A DNA stretch of 64,000 nucleotides, taken from contig OZ242372.1 in NCBI GenBank assembly GCA_965209035.1, positions 992,001 to 1,056,000 of the forward strand, read 5' to 3'. Positions 31,931 to 41,457 of the stretch are shown piece by piece. Source of the DNA: Gammaproteobacteria bacterium. Lineage in GTDB: Bacteria; Pseudomonadota; Gammaproteobacteria; CBDBNL01; JAAOII01. The translations under genes and the position numbers were made by a program. Numbering within the stretch: position 1 is the stretch's first letter; the number at the start of each line of letters is the position of its first letter. The notes under the pieces are model-generated. The model was not told the origin of the DNA. It did no database searches and worked only from the letters and a program-made list of their open reading frames with translations.

Positions 31931-33405
31931 GCGACACAATTCGCACCGACATTGCAATTATCGGCGGCGGCTCCGGCGGATTAACGCTGGCAGCCGGCGC
32001 GGTTCAAATGGGGGCAAAGGTCGTCCTAATAGAAAGAGACAAGATGGGCGGAGACTGTTTGAACTACGGTTGTGTGCCGTCCAAATCCTTGCTGGCCGCC
32101 GCCCGTCAGGCGGAAGGGGTTCGGGCCGGTTTCGGCATCACCGGCACCAAACCAAAAGTAACCTTTGCCGAGGTCAATCGCCATGTCAAACAAGTCATCG
32201 CCTCCATCGCACCGCACGATTCGGTTGAACGGTTCGCCTCTTTGGGGGTGCGTGTCATCCAAGAATCGGCGCACTTTGTTGCCAAGCGCACTCTGCAGGC
32301 GGGCAAATACACGGTGCGCGCCCGGTATATTGTGATCGCCACAGGTTCTTCGCCGATGGTCCCGCCCATCCCCGGCCTGGACAAGTGCGCTTATTTCACA
32401 AACGAAACCATCTTTGAGAACAAGACCCTGCCGCGGCATCTTTTGGTGATTGGCGGCGGCCCGATCGGCTTGGAAATGGCACAGGCACATGCCAAGTTAG
32501 GCGCCAAGGTATCCGTCGCGGACATGGGACCGATTCTGCCGCGCGATGATCCGGAATTGACGGCAGTCATTCGCAAAAGATTACTCGGCATGGGAATTGC
32601 ATTGCATGAACATATTCAAATAGACTCCGTCAAAAAAGGAGGCGCACGGGGCGGCACACAGGGCGTCACCCTAAAACTGAAAGGCGACGGCAAAGATGGC
32701 AGTGGTAATAAAGGTGACACACCCCAAAACCTGAGCGGCTCACATCTGCTAGTTGCCGCCGGGCGCCGAGCCAATGTCGGGGATCTGGACTTAGACAAGG
32801 CCGGCATTCGGTGGTCGCCGCGCGGCGTTGAGGTGAACGCAAGACTGCAAACCGCCGACAAGCGCGTGTATGCCATCGGCGATGTGGCAAGTCCTTACCA
32901 ATTCACCCATGTCGCCGCCTATCATGCCGGCATGGTCATTCGCAGTATTCTTTTTAAGATGCCTGTCAAGGTGAACTATCGCGCGTTGCCCTGGGTAACC
33001 TATACGGATCCCGAAATGGCAAACTGCGGGTTGTCCTATGCGGATGCGGTAAAGCAGCACGGCGCGGGTCATCTGCGGGTGTTGACTGTCCCCTTCGCCG
33101 AAAATGATAGGGCGCGTACCGAACGCCTTGATGACGAAGGCATCATTAAAGTGATCGTAACCAAGCGCGGGAAAATTCTGGGGGTCGCGATGGTCGGCCG
33201 GTCGGCGGGAGAACTCATCCAACCCTGGTGCCTGGCAATTCAAAACAAGTTGAAAATCGGCGCTATGGCGGGCTATATCGCTCCTTATCCAACACTGGGA
33301 GAACTCAACAAAAAAGTTGCCGGCTCCTTTTACAAGAAAGCCCTGTTTGAAAATCCCGGATTAAAAATAATCGTGCGCTGTTTGATGCGTCTCACTTCGT
33401 TCTAA
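31927..33405 (+). CDS. FAD-dependent pyridine nucleotide-disulfide oxidoreductase (dihydrolipoamide dehydrogenase/MerA-like)
   Basis: GGGSGG, GGDCLNYGCVPSK, IGGGPIG, YTDPE; YPT replaces HPT and there is no C-terminal CC, so it is neither true Lpd nor MerA. Coupled to TVP38. Confidence 0.88.
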   Translation: MSDTIRTDIAIIGGGSGGLTLAAGAVQMGAKVVLIERDKMGGDCLNYGCVPSKSLLAAARQAEGVRAGFGITGTKPKVTFAEVNRHVKQVIASIAPHDSVERFASLGVRVIQESAHFVAKRTLQAGKYTVRARYIVIATGSSPMVPPIPGLDKCAYFTNETIFENKTLPRHLLVIGGGPIGLEMAQAHAKLGAKVSVADMGPILPRDDPELTAVIRKRLLGMGIALHEHIQIDSVKKGGARGGTQGVTLKLKGDGKDGSGNKGDTPQNLSGSHLLVAAGRRANVGDLDLDKAGIRWSPRGVEVNARLQTADKRVYAIGDVASPYQFTHVAAYHAGMVIRSILFKMPVKVNYRALPWVTYTDPEMANCGLSYADAVKQHGAGHLRVLTVPFAENDRARTERLDDEGIIKVIVTKRGKILGVAMVGRSAGELIQPWCLAIQNKLKIGAMAGYIAPYPTLGELNKKVAGSFYKKALFENPGLKIIVRCLMRLTSF

Positions 33406-33415
33406 TCTTTTCGCC

Positions 33416-34717
33416 TTGGCGGAGAATTTTCTGGTCATAGGCGGCGGCGGGCGCGAACATGCCATGGCTTGGAAACTGGCGACAAGCCCTTTCTGTTCGG
33501 GCGTCTTCTGCTGTCCCGGCAACGCCGGCACGGCGGTCGAACCCAAAACACACAACATCCCGTTGGACTGGCAAGATGCTTCTGCTTTGTTGCTATTCAT
33601 CCGTGAGAAAAAAATTGGTGTCACCCTGATAGGCCCCGAAGTCCCGTTGACGGCCGGGCTGGGGGACCGCCTGCGCGCCGCCGGACACTTTTGCTTTGGT
33701 CCCGGTGCGGCCGCCGCCCGTTTGGAAGGCTCCAAAGTCTTCTGCAAGGATTTTGTAACCCGTCTGGGCATCCCGACCGCGCCCTATCGCGTATTTGACG
33801 AGCGGCCGGCCGCCGACTCCTATCTGGCGGAATGCGACTTCGACTTCCCCTGTGTCATTAAATACGACGGCCTCGCAGCCGGCAAGGGCGTCACTGTCGC
33901 CGCGGATCGACGAGAGGCGGACGATGCCCTGGACGACATCTACAAAAAGAACAAGTTCAACTCCGCAGGCACACCGCGCGTCGTCATAGAGTCCTTCCTG
34001 ACAGGGGAAGAACTCAGCTTTATGGTGGCGGCGGACGGCACCGAATGCCAGCCGCTTGCCACTTCCCAGGATCACAAGGCACGCGACGACGGCGACAAGG
34101 GACCCAACACGGGCGGGATGGGGGCCTACAGCCCTTTCATGCCGGCGGAAAACATACGGCAGGATCTTCTCAAAGAATTCATTGAGCCCACCCTGCGCGG
34201 TCTGGCGGCGGACGAGATACCCTATCTCGGCTTCCTATATGCCGGCCTGATGATTGACAAAGACGGACACGCAAAACTGCTGGAATACAACTGCCGCCTC
34301 GGCGACCCGGAGACACAGGCACTGCTGTTTGGCATGGAAACCGACCTTGCCGAATGGTTGTTGCGTTTGCGCGACGGCGAAAAGATGCGCGACCTGCCGA
34401 TTCGCCGCATTAAAGACAAGTTTGTCGTAACCGTCGTGATGGCAGCGGCCGGTTATCCCGACAGCCCCCAAATTGGTGCAGTGATCCGGGGGATCCGAGG
34501 CATAGACAACATCTCGGACTCGGATGTCAAAGTGTTTCATGCCGGCACCGCCGTCAACACCGAGGGCAAGTTAGTCACAGCCGGCGGCCGGGTGCTTGCT
34601 GTCACGGCCCTCGGGCGAGACCTGAACGCGGCGCGCCAAAAAGCCTACGCGACAATAAAAAAGCAAATTTCCTGGCCCGGAGCCTTTTACAGAACGGATA
34701 TCGGCGCAAGGGGATAA
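33416..34717 (+). CDS. purD: Phosphoribosylamine--glycine ligase
   Basis: GGGGREHA, LEGSK.F.K, DGLAAGKGV, GPNTGGMGAYSP, RLGDPETQ. Confidence 0.98.
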   Translation: MAENFLVIGGGGREHAMAWKLATSPFCSGVFCCPGNAGTAVEPKTHNIPLDWQDASALLLFIREKKIGVTLIGPEVPLTAGLGDRLRAAGHFCFGPGAAAARLEGSKVFCKDFVTRLGIPTAPYRVFDERPAADSYLAECDFDFPCVIKYDGLAAGKGVTVAADRREADDALDDIYKKNKFNSAGTPRVVIESFLTGEELSFMVAADGTECQPLATSQDHKARDDGDKGPNTGGMGAYSPFMPAENIRQDLLKEFIEPTLRGLAADEIPYLGFLYAGLMIDKDGHAKLLEYNCRLGDPETQALLFGMETDLAEWLLRLRDGEKMRDLPIRRIKDKFVVTVVMAAAGYPDSPQIGAVIRGIRGIDNISDSDVKVFHAGTAVNTEGKLVTAGGRVLAVTALGRDLNAARQKAYATIKKQISWPGAFYRTDIGARG

Positions 34718-35051
34718 CGGGATAACGGGGAAATCACCTGAAAAAACGAGGTTCTTAATCACCGAACCGCCCGGCTTTCTCGCGCGGTTTGCTTGGTGTT
34801 GTTTATGCATCATCTATAGGTGTCGGGGACAGTTGCAAACTGCTTTATTGCTCTATTAATAATGCCAAATAGCAAAATCTTCCTATCCTCTCATTCTCTA
34901 ATACTTGTGGAACAATTCTTGGCGGTTTGGGGGTCGGTTTGGGGTTCGGGGCGGCCACAAACACACAGAGGATGAAACCGGGTGGGATGACACAGCTTTT
35001 GCAAAAACAACAAAAATCCGAAACTGGGTGGGACTATACACCCCTGCAAGA

Positions 35052-35073
35052 TTTTGGAAATTAAGGTTATAAT
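35052..35073 (+). promoter_or_regulatory. Putative promoter (TTTTGGAAAT-N6-TATAAT) of GLUG lipoprotein 3
   Basis: ~54 bp before ATG 35127; shared family motif. Confidence 0.65.
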
Positions 35074-35262
35074 AATGGTATAAGTCATACCATAACCATT
35101 AATATTTTTAACAACAAAAAACAATTATGAACAAGATATACTTTTTCCTGTCCGGTCGGTGCAAGAAATGCACTGCCGGCAAAGACGCCCGAAATTCGCG
35201 TGTCTCCTTTAATAAGAATAATAATAACTTCAAGGCAATGCCTCTAATCTTTTACCCAATCA

Positions 35263-37686
35263 ATGCTTGGCGGTCGCTACGGTTGTTTGCCGGGCGGGTT
35301 CTATTGCCGCCAACGGCAGCCTTTAATGCCAGCCTGTCTGAACTTGCCATCTCGTTTAGATCGCTTAGTATGCACCGTTCTGTTACCCCCCCCCCCCCCC
35401 CGCCGCCACTTTCGTTTAGGTCGCTTAGTGTGCACCCTGCTGCTGACCGGTACATTCGGTTTGCTTCTTGCCGGTTGTGACGGCGGTTCCGATGGCGGCG
35501 GTTCCGGTGGCGGTGATCCTCGTGCTGTTTCCAACATTGAAGCCGAGGCCGGTGAGGAGCATATTCTCGTGAGTTGGACCAATCCGGATCAAGAAAATAT
35601 CACCGGGTTCAATATCACTTGGTTTTTTAATGTCGCCAATAGGAGCGAACAGGAAACGAGGACCCTGTCTGCCGCCAATGTCGATGGGCAGCTGCTGACG
35701 CCTGAAGCCGACTTGCTGCAGCCCGGGAGTCGGGTGAGGTACAACATTACAGGCTTAACGAACGGCATCACCTACCGGATCACGATTGCGGTACTTTATG
35801 CGGATGGTACATCCGTGGATTCGGTTCTTGTGCGAAGAACCGGGATGGATCCGGACGGCGGTGATGATGCCACTTTCCCGGCTGTTGCCGATGTCCAAAC
35901 CGCAGTCAGCAGGAATAATATTACCGTCCGTTGGACCAATCCGAACCGGGATGGTATCGATGGATTCAATATTACTTGGGTCAATGTTAATGATAATGCC
36001 GATAGAGGCACAAAAGAATTTAATCCGCAGGCAGCGAATGTTGCGGCGGGTGCTTCGGTTGAATACAAGATTACGGATCTAACCTATGCCGCCACCTACA
36101 AGATCACAGTTTCGGTGCGTTATGCGGGGCAAGAGCCCATTCCTTCGGCCCCGGTACAAAGCACAACCCGGCTGAGTTCGGATATTGATGGTGATGATGA
36201 TGGTGTGGTGAATACGGAAGATCTGGACTATGACGGTGACGGCTTGATCGAGATTCACAGTTTGGACCAATTAGCCCTGCTGCGCGATGACCTAAATGGC
36301 GATGGGACGGATGATGGCAGGTTCGGCGAGATTGACGCTGTAGGTTCTGTGGGCTGCCCGGATGACGATGCCGGTGGCTGTGTCGGTTACGAATTGACCC
36401 GCCCGCTCAACTTTAGCGATCCGGATTCCTATGAGGATCCGGATAAGAATATGGATACCTGGACGAAGGGCCGCGGCTGGGTGCCGATTGGATCTTGTCC
36501 TACCCTCAGCAGCTGCCGTTCCAATGCCTATACCGGTATCTTTGACGGCAATAATCATAACATTGCCAATTTGTTCATCGCGACGCTGGGCGTGAACAAC
36601 TCCGGGGTTGGATTGTTCGGCGCAATGAGCGACGCAACAGTGCAAAACTTGCATCTGCTGAATGGGACGATTCGCGTGGATCAGAGTTTGACTCTCGACC
36701 CTCAACACTTCCATGTGGGACTGCTGGTCGGCTATGGTTACAACGGACACTATGAGAACCTTTCGGCTTCGGGCTCGGTGATGACAAAAGGCAGCGGTAT
36801 GTTTGGGTTGGACGGAGGATCCCAATCGGTAGGCACTCTTGCCGGGCGGATTGCAGGTGCCGATAACACACTGATTCGTGTTTCCGCCAAGATCGGCACC
36901 CTATCCGGGTTCAGTAGAGTTGGCGGGCTGGTCGGGTCGGCGGAAAATGCTCGGATTCGCGATGCCTATGCGGTCGGCGGCACCCTATCTGCAAGAAGTA
37001 CATCCGGCGGACTATTCGGCTTATGCAATGAGTGTCAGATCAGCCATGCCTATACGGACGATATCGATGTTTCTACAGATGTTAATACTGCCGGCGGGCT
37101 GATCGGACTTGTGGAAGGCTCGAGTATCACACTTTCTTATGCGAAAAATATCAGGATCTCCGGAAGTAACCATTTGGGTGGCCTGATTGGAGATAGTGCA
37201 GCTGCAGGGCAGGCTAGCCTGACCCACTCGTATGCGTCCGGCGGCAGCTTAAGCACAGCTTCGGCTGCGAGTCCGGGGGAGTTAAACGGCGGGTTGATCG
37301 GTAGATCCGATACCCGCGATAACGACGACCAAGTGCGTTATTCCTATGCGGCGATTGAGCCTGTGGCTGCTACCGCAGTGAAAGGCTTGATAGGAGAAGG
37401 AAATGCGAATGTCACAGATTCCTATTGGGACTCCGCAATAAATACCGCCGGCGGGGGACGCGGCCAGGGCAATACCACCGCAGAACTACACATGCCGACC
37501 GCCGACAATTTTGACGGAACACTCTACGCAACCTGGGGCAGATTTTGGTGCGACCCCAGCTTCGTCGAAGTTACGGAAAGCGATATGCAGCCGGCGGGTT
37601 TTCTCCCCGTCTGGGATCTCGGCAACAGCACGCAGTATCCCGCCCTGAACTGCATGCCGGGCGGACTCGCAGCGCAACGCCCCTAA
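35263..37686 (+). CDS. GLUG-repeat lipoprotein paralogue 3 with two fibronectin-III-like domains; the family-type start (35127) is out of frame across a C16 tract
   Basis: LLLAGC lipobox; two 'VSWTNP...GFNITW...YxITxL....Y.I' FN3-like units; DxDxDG; GGLIG repeats; YPALNCMPGGL C-terminus. Confidence 0.83.
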   Translation: MLGGRYGCLPGGFYCRQRQPLMPACLNLPSRLDRLVCTVLLPPPPPRRHFRLGRLVCTLLLTGTFGLLLAGCDGGSDGGGSGGGDPRAVSNIEAEAGEEHILVSWTNPDQENITGFNITWFFNVANRSEQETRTLSAANVDGQLLTPEADLLQPGSRVRYNITGLTNGITYRITIAVLYADGTSVDSVLVRRTGMDPDGGDDATFPAVADVQTAVSRNNITVRWTNPNRDGIDGFNITWVNVNDNADRGTKEFNPQAANVAAGASVEYKITDLTYAATYKITVSVRYAGQEPIPSAPVQSTTRLSSDIDGDDDGVVNTEDLDYDGDGLIEIHSLDQLALLRDDLNGDGTDDGRFGEIDAVGSVGCPDDDAGGCVGYELTRPLNFSDPDSYEDPDKNMDTWTKGRGWVPIGSCPTLSSCRSNAYTGIFDGNNHNIANLFIATLGVNNSGVGLFGAMSDATVQNLHLLNGTIRVDQSLTLDPQHFHVGLLVGYGYNGHYENLSASGSVMTKGSGMFGLDGGSQSVGTLAGRIAGADNTLIRVSAKIGTLSGFSRVGGLVGSAENARIRDAYAVGGTLSARSTSGGLFGLCNECQISHAYTDDIDVSTDVNTAGGLIGLVEGSSITLSYAKNIRISGSNHLGGLIGDSAAAGQASLTHSYASGGSLSTASAASPGELNGGLIGRSDTRDNDDQVRYSYAAIEPVAATAVKGLIGEGNANVTDSYWDSAINTAGGGRGQGNTTAELHMPTADNFDGTLYATWGRFWCDPSFVEVTESDMQPAGFLPVWDLGNSTQYPALNCMPGGLAAQRP
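35386..35401 (+). repeat. Poly-C16 homopolymer flanked by ~40-bp imperfect direct repeats
   Basis: 16 consecutive C; flanks 35347-35385 and 35406-35446 (TCGTTTAG.TCGCTTAGT.TGCACC). Confidence 0.9.
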
Positions 37687-37882
37687 AAGCCCTTAAAACT
37701 CCTAAATCCTCTAAACGGCAGGCGGTGTTTGGTTGCCTGTGTGCGGATTGTACGCGGATTGTGATCAGGACATACCGGACCGCGGCATTCAATCCTCAAT
37801 CTTCAAACCCAAACTCCAAACAAAGCCCTCCTCTCATCAGCGGAACTGAGACGGAGTGGAACGGGAACGATCAGCACCCGGA

Positions 37883-37898
37883 TACCGAACATAGCGGG
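37883..37898 (+). repeat. 16-bp element TACCGAACATAGCGGG downstream of GLUG paralogue 3
   Basis: Identical to 30994-31009. Confidence 0.7.
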
Positions 37899-37984
37899 GT
37901 GATTTATGTTATACTTATTTATGGTTCTATTTTTAAGAACACCGAGTCATATGAAAATAATTATATTAATTGGATTAGTTAAAC

Positions 37985-38057
<73 letters not shown>

Positions 38058-38072
38058 TGTCGGAGATTTTTT

Positions 38073-38888
38073 ATGGGTATACTGGACAAATTTAGAAGAA
38101 GGCAGTCGGTCCTCAGCACGACACGCAAAGAACGGGGCGAGTCTCCCAAACCGGAGAGTGAGGGAACTTCCGCCGTTCTCGGCGTAAAGCACCGGCCGGC
38201 CGAAGGCCCGCCGCCGGTGCGCATCACCATCATGAACGGGAAAGGAGGCAGTGGCAAGAGCACCCTTGCCACCAATCTTGCCGTTATCCTGTCCACCCAT
38301 GACGAAAGCGTTACCCTGATAGACAATGACCCGCAATGTTCCAGTATCCGCTGGCTAAGAGAACGCCCACATTCGTCCGTGGCGATCAAAGGGGTGATTG
38401 CCGAAGAAGGCGGCGGCAGGCTAAAAAACACCAGGATATGGTCGGGCGGTATCGGTCCTCAAACGGAATATGTGATTATTGACACACAAGCCGGTCTGCG
38501 CGGGCTGGAACTTTCCACAATCATTGACAAAAGCGATATGATTTTAATTCCGGTACTGCCTTCGGCAATTGATATGCGGGCGACGGCGGATTTTGTGGCG
38601 CAGGTTTTTCTTAGCAATGCGTATCGTCGCACCAAAAAACCCATCGGTGTTGTCGCCAATCGGGTCATTAACGATTCGGTGATCTACCGCAAACTGCAAA
38701 AGTTCTTATTGAGCCTCAGAATTAACTTTATCAGCACCTATCGGGACAACAAGGCCTATCTGGATGCGGCGGAAAAAGGATTGGGCATCTTTGAATTAAA
38801 TATCGGCGGCGATCTTGCCGAAGAACGGGTGGAATGGGAACTGCTCATCAAATGGATAAAGGATAAACAGACCGAGCGGGTCCGATAG
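38073..38888 (+). CDS. ParA family ATPase
   Basis: Deviant Walker A KGGSGKST, 'LIDNDPQ', 'VIIDT', 'PVLPSAID'. Confidence 0.9.
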   Translation: MGILDKFRRRQSVLSTTRKERGESPKPESEGTSAVLGVKHRPAEGPPPVRITIMNGKGGSGKSTLATNLAVILSTHDESVTLIDNDPQCSSIRWLRERPHSSVAIKGVIAEEGGGRLKNTRIWSGGIGPQTEYVIIDTQAGLRGLELSTIIDKSDMILIPVLPSAIDMRATADFVAQVFLSNAYRRTKKPIGVVANRVINDSVIYRKLQKFLLSLRINFISTYRDNKAYLDAAEKGLGIFELNIGGDLAEERVEWELLIKWIKDKQTERVR

Positions 38889-38895
38889 TCGCCAT

Positions 38896-39573
38896 ATGCG
38901 ACACAAATTGCCGTTGTTTTTGCGTCTGGAAGCAACACGATTTTTCCGAACTTCTCATCATCTTTTAATCCCTTTTCTGGTCGCTCTTTGGGTCATACTC
39001 GTCTTCTCTTTGGCGGGGCTGGGGACGCAGGTATCGGCGGCGGACACCGCCTATATGAATTACGCCCTCCTTTGGCTTTGCGCCGGCTTGTCCCTGCTGC
39101 TGGGCGCGGATCGCCTCTTTGATGCCGACCACAAGAACGGTCTGTTGGAGCAGATCTTTTTGGGGCCGAGTTACTTTATCATTTTGGCGCGTGTCCTTCT
39201 TTTTGCCGGCATGCACGGTCTGTTCTTTTGTCTGATTTGTCTGCCGATTTTAGGCCTGCTGCTTGGCATGCCGGCTGTCGATCTGTTTTTATTTGCCGCC
39301 TGTTTTCTTCTTGGTCTGCCCGCTTTTTGTATGACCTTGGCCTTGGGAGCGGCCATTGGCGGCAGTTCCTCTGCCCGCGACGGTGTCGGCTTCATGCCGG
39401 CGTTGGTATCGCTTCCTCTTTATGTGCCGGTGGTCTTGTTGTCTATGTTGGCACTCACCGAACCGGCAGCCGCTGCGTTTTTTATGCAATGCCTGCTGGC
39501 ACTTTCTTTGACGCATGTGGCGTTGTTGGGATTGGCAGTTAACTACATCCTGCGCGATGCGGCTGCCAATTAG
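38896..39573 (+). CDS. ccmB: Heme exporter protein CcmB
   Basis: 'RLFDADHKNGLLEQ', 'LVSLPLYVPVVL'; precedes ccmC. Confidence 0.85.
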   Translation: MRHKLPLFLRLEATRFFRTSHHLLIPFLVALWVILVFSLAGLGTQVSAADTAYMNYALLWLCAGLSLLLGADRLFDADHKNGLLEQIFLGPSYFIILARVLLFAGMHGLFFCLICLPILGLLLGMPAVDLFLFAACFLLGLPAFCMTLALGAAIGGSSSARDGVGFMPALVSLPLYVPVVLLSMLALTEPAAAAFFMQCLLALSLTHVALLGLAVNYILRDAAAN

Positions 39574-40294
39574 CCTGCGCTTGCTGGCGAGTCCGCGCGG
39601 GGCATATCTGTTCTGCCGTGCCGCGCAAAAGCCGACGGTGATTCTGACCGCCTTATTACTGACCTGCGGTGTCGTTTGGAGCCTGTTCATTGCCCCGCCG
39701 GATGCCCGGCAGGGAGATGTCTACCGCATTATGTTTGTGCATGTGCCGGCCGCCTTTTGCGCCGAAGGAATTTATGTGTTTATGTCGCTCGCCGCCGGTG
39801 TCTATCTGATCTGGAATATGAAACTTGCCGGCTTCGCGGTGCGCGCGGCCGCACCGCTCGGGCTTGGTATGGCATTGATCACGCTTGGCAGCGGCTCCGT
39901 TTGGGGCAAACCGACATGGGGGGCCTACTGGGTATGGGACGCCCGTCTGACTTCCGTGCTGCTGCTTGCCGTTCTTTATATGATTATCATTTACCTGCAC
40001 CGCTCTCTCAACAACTCCACAGCGGCAGCCCGGGCATCTGCGGTCGTCACCCTGGTCGGGCTGATCAACATCCCGGTCATCAAGTTTTCGGTGAACTGGT
40101 GGTTCAGTCTGCATCAACCCGCATCGCTGACTTTGGGCGGTTTTTCCATGCCGGCGGTGATGTGGATGCCGCTGCTGACAATGATTTTGGCATTCAATCT
40201 TTTTTGGTTGACGGTCTTTTTTATCCGTCTTGGCAATGAGATTCTCATCAGCGAAGGAAGAGCAAAATGGGTGCAAGAAGTCATAAAGCGATAA
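39557..40294 (+). CDS. ccmC: Heme exporter protein CcmC
   Basis: QGDVYRIMFVHVP, WGKPTWGAYWVWDARLTS, SVNWWFSLHQ; ATG at 39557. Confidence 0.95.
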   Translation: MRLPISLRLLASPRGAYLFCRAAQKPTVILTALLLTCGVVWSLFIAPPDARQGDVYRIMFVHVPAAFCAEGIYVFMSLAAGVYLIWNMKLAGFAVRAAAPLGLGMALITLGSGSVWGKPTWGAYWVWDARLTSVLLLAVLYMIIIYLHRSLNNSTAAARASAVVTLVGLINIPVIKFSVNWWFSLHQPASLTLGGFSMPAVMWMPLLTMILAFNLFWLTVFFIRLGNEILISEGRAKWVQEVIKR

Positions 40295-40298
40295 AACG

Positions 40299-40442
40299 AT
40301 GATGGCACAACTTTGGGGCGCCGATTGGTGCTATTTGATGATCGCTTATTTTTTGACCTGCGGAATGCTCCTTGCTCTTATTTTTTTCGCAGTCAAAAGA
40401 CGGCGGGCGCTTCTGCGGCATCTGCGACAAAACAAACATTAA
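40299..40442 (+). CDS. ccmD: Heme exporter protein CcmD (below ORF-track cutoff)
   Basis: MMAQLWGADWCYLMIAYFLTCGMLLALIFFAVKRRRALLRHLRQNKH: one TM plus basic tail, between ccmC and ccmE. Confidence 0.8.
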   Translation: MMAQLWGADWCYLMIAYFLTCGMLLALIFFAVKRRRALLRHLRQNKH

Positions 40443-40451
40443 CAAATAGCG

Positions 40452-40898
40452 ATGCATCCGAAGCGCGCCTACAAACTGGCGGTCATCCTGTTTGTTTTGA
40501 TCTGCCTCGGCACAGCCGCGGCTCTGGTCCTTTTTCGGTTACGCGCCAACATCAATTACTTTTATACGCCCGCGGAAATTGTGCGGACGCAGCCCATCGG
40601 CAAGAATCTGCGGCTGGGCGGCTATGTGAAGAAAGATTCTGTAACCCGATTGGAAGACGGTCGGGTCGGCTTTGTCCTGACAGACGGTGAGGAGGAGGTT
40701 CGCGTTGTTTATGCCGGATTACTGCCGAGTTTGTTTGCCGAAGAGGAAGAGGCGGTTGTCAACGGCAGACTGCAAACATCAGGCACCTTAATTGCCAAAC
40801 AGGTTCTGGCAAAGCACGACGAAAATTACCGGCCGCCGGAGATGAAATATTTGAACAAGAACAAGAACAAGCCGGGCCTACAGGCACCAAACAAATGA
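40452..40898 (+). CDS. ccmE: Cytochrome c maturation heme chaperone CcmE
   Basis: NINYFYTP, LRLGG.V, Y.GLLP.LF.E, VLAKHDENY.PPE. Confidence 0.96.
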   Translation: MHPKRAYKLAVILFVLICLGTAAALVLFRLRANINYFYTPAEIVRTQPIGKNLRLGGYVKKDSVTRLEDGRVGFVLTDGEEEVRVVYAGLLPSLFAEEEEAVVNGRLQTSGTLIAKQVLAKHDENYRPPEMKYLNKNKNKPGLQAPNK

Positions 40899-41457
40899 CT
40901 GACAAAACGAAGCAAGCTAGCTTATTGTTATTAATCATTTTGCACCTTAATTGCCAAACAGGTTCCGGCAAAGCACTACAAACACGATCGGGAAAACTAC
41001 CGGCCGCCGGAGACGAAATATTTGAACAAGAACAAGCCGGGCCTACAGGCACCAAACGAATGACTGACAAAACGAAGCAAGCCAGTTTATGGTTATTAAT
41101 CATTTTGCACCTTAATTGCCAAACAGGTTCCGGCAAAGCACTACAAACACGATCGGGAAAACTACCGGCCGCCGGAGATGAAATATTTGAACAAGAACAA
41201 GCCGGGCCTACAGGCACCAAACAAATGACTGACAAAACGAAGCAAGCTAGCTTATTGTTATTAATCATTTTGCACCTTAATTGCCAAACAGGTTCCGGCA
41301 AAGCACTACAAACACGATCGGGAAAACTACCGGCCGCCGGAGACGAAATATTTGAACAAGAAGAACAAGCCGGGCGACCTGCCTCAAACAAATGACTGAC
41401 AAAACGAAGCAAGCTACAAAACAAGCCACGAAACAAGCTGTGCTGTTAATTATTTTG
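40783..41457 (+). repeat. Fourfold tandem amplification (165-bp period) of the ccmE 3' end plus gpmI 5' start
   Basis: Units start at 40783, 40942, 41107 and 41272 (GCACCTTAATTGCCAAACAGGTTC...ATGACTGACAAAACGAAGCAAG). Confidence 0.95.

Noticed and set aside
31927-33405. Mercuric reductase merA or lpdA
   Set aside because: Lacks the MerA C-terminal Cys pair and the Lpd HPT motif; no mer or pdh context.
24854-37686. Diversity-generating retroelement acting on the lipoproteins
   Set aside because: No reverse transcriptase, and no template/variable repeat pair with adenine-specific differences was seen.
40895-41395. 166-aa repeat ORF as an established gene
   Set aside because: Fully explained as a by-product of the ccmE/gpmI junction amplification; kept only as a finding.
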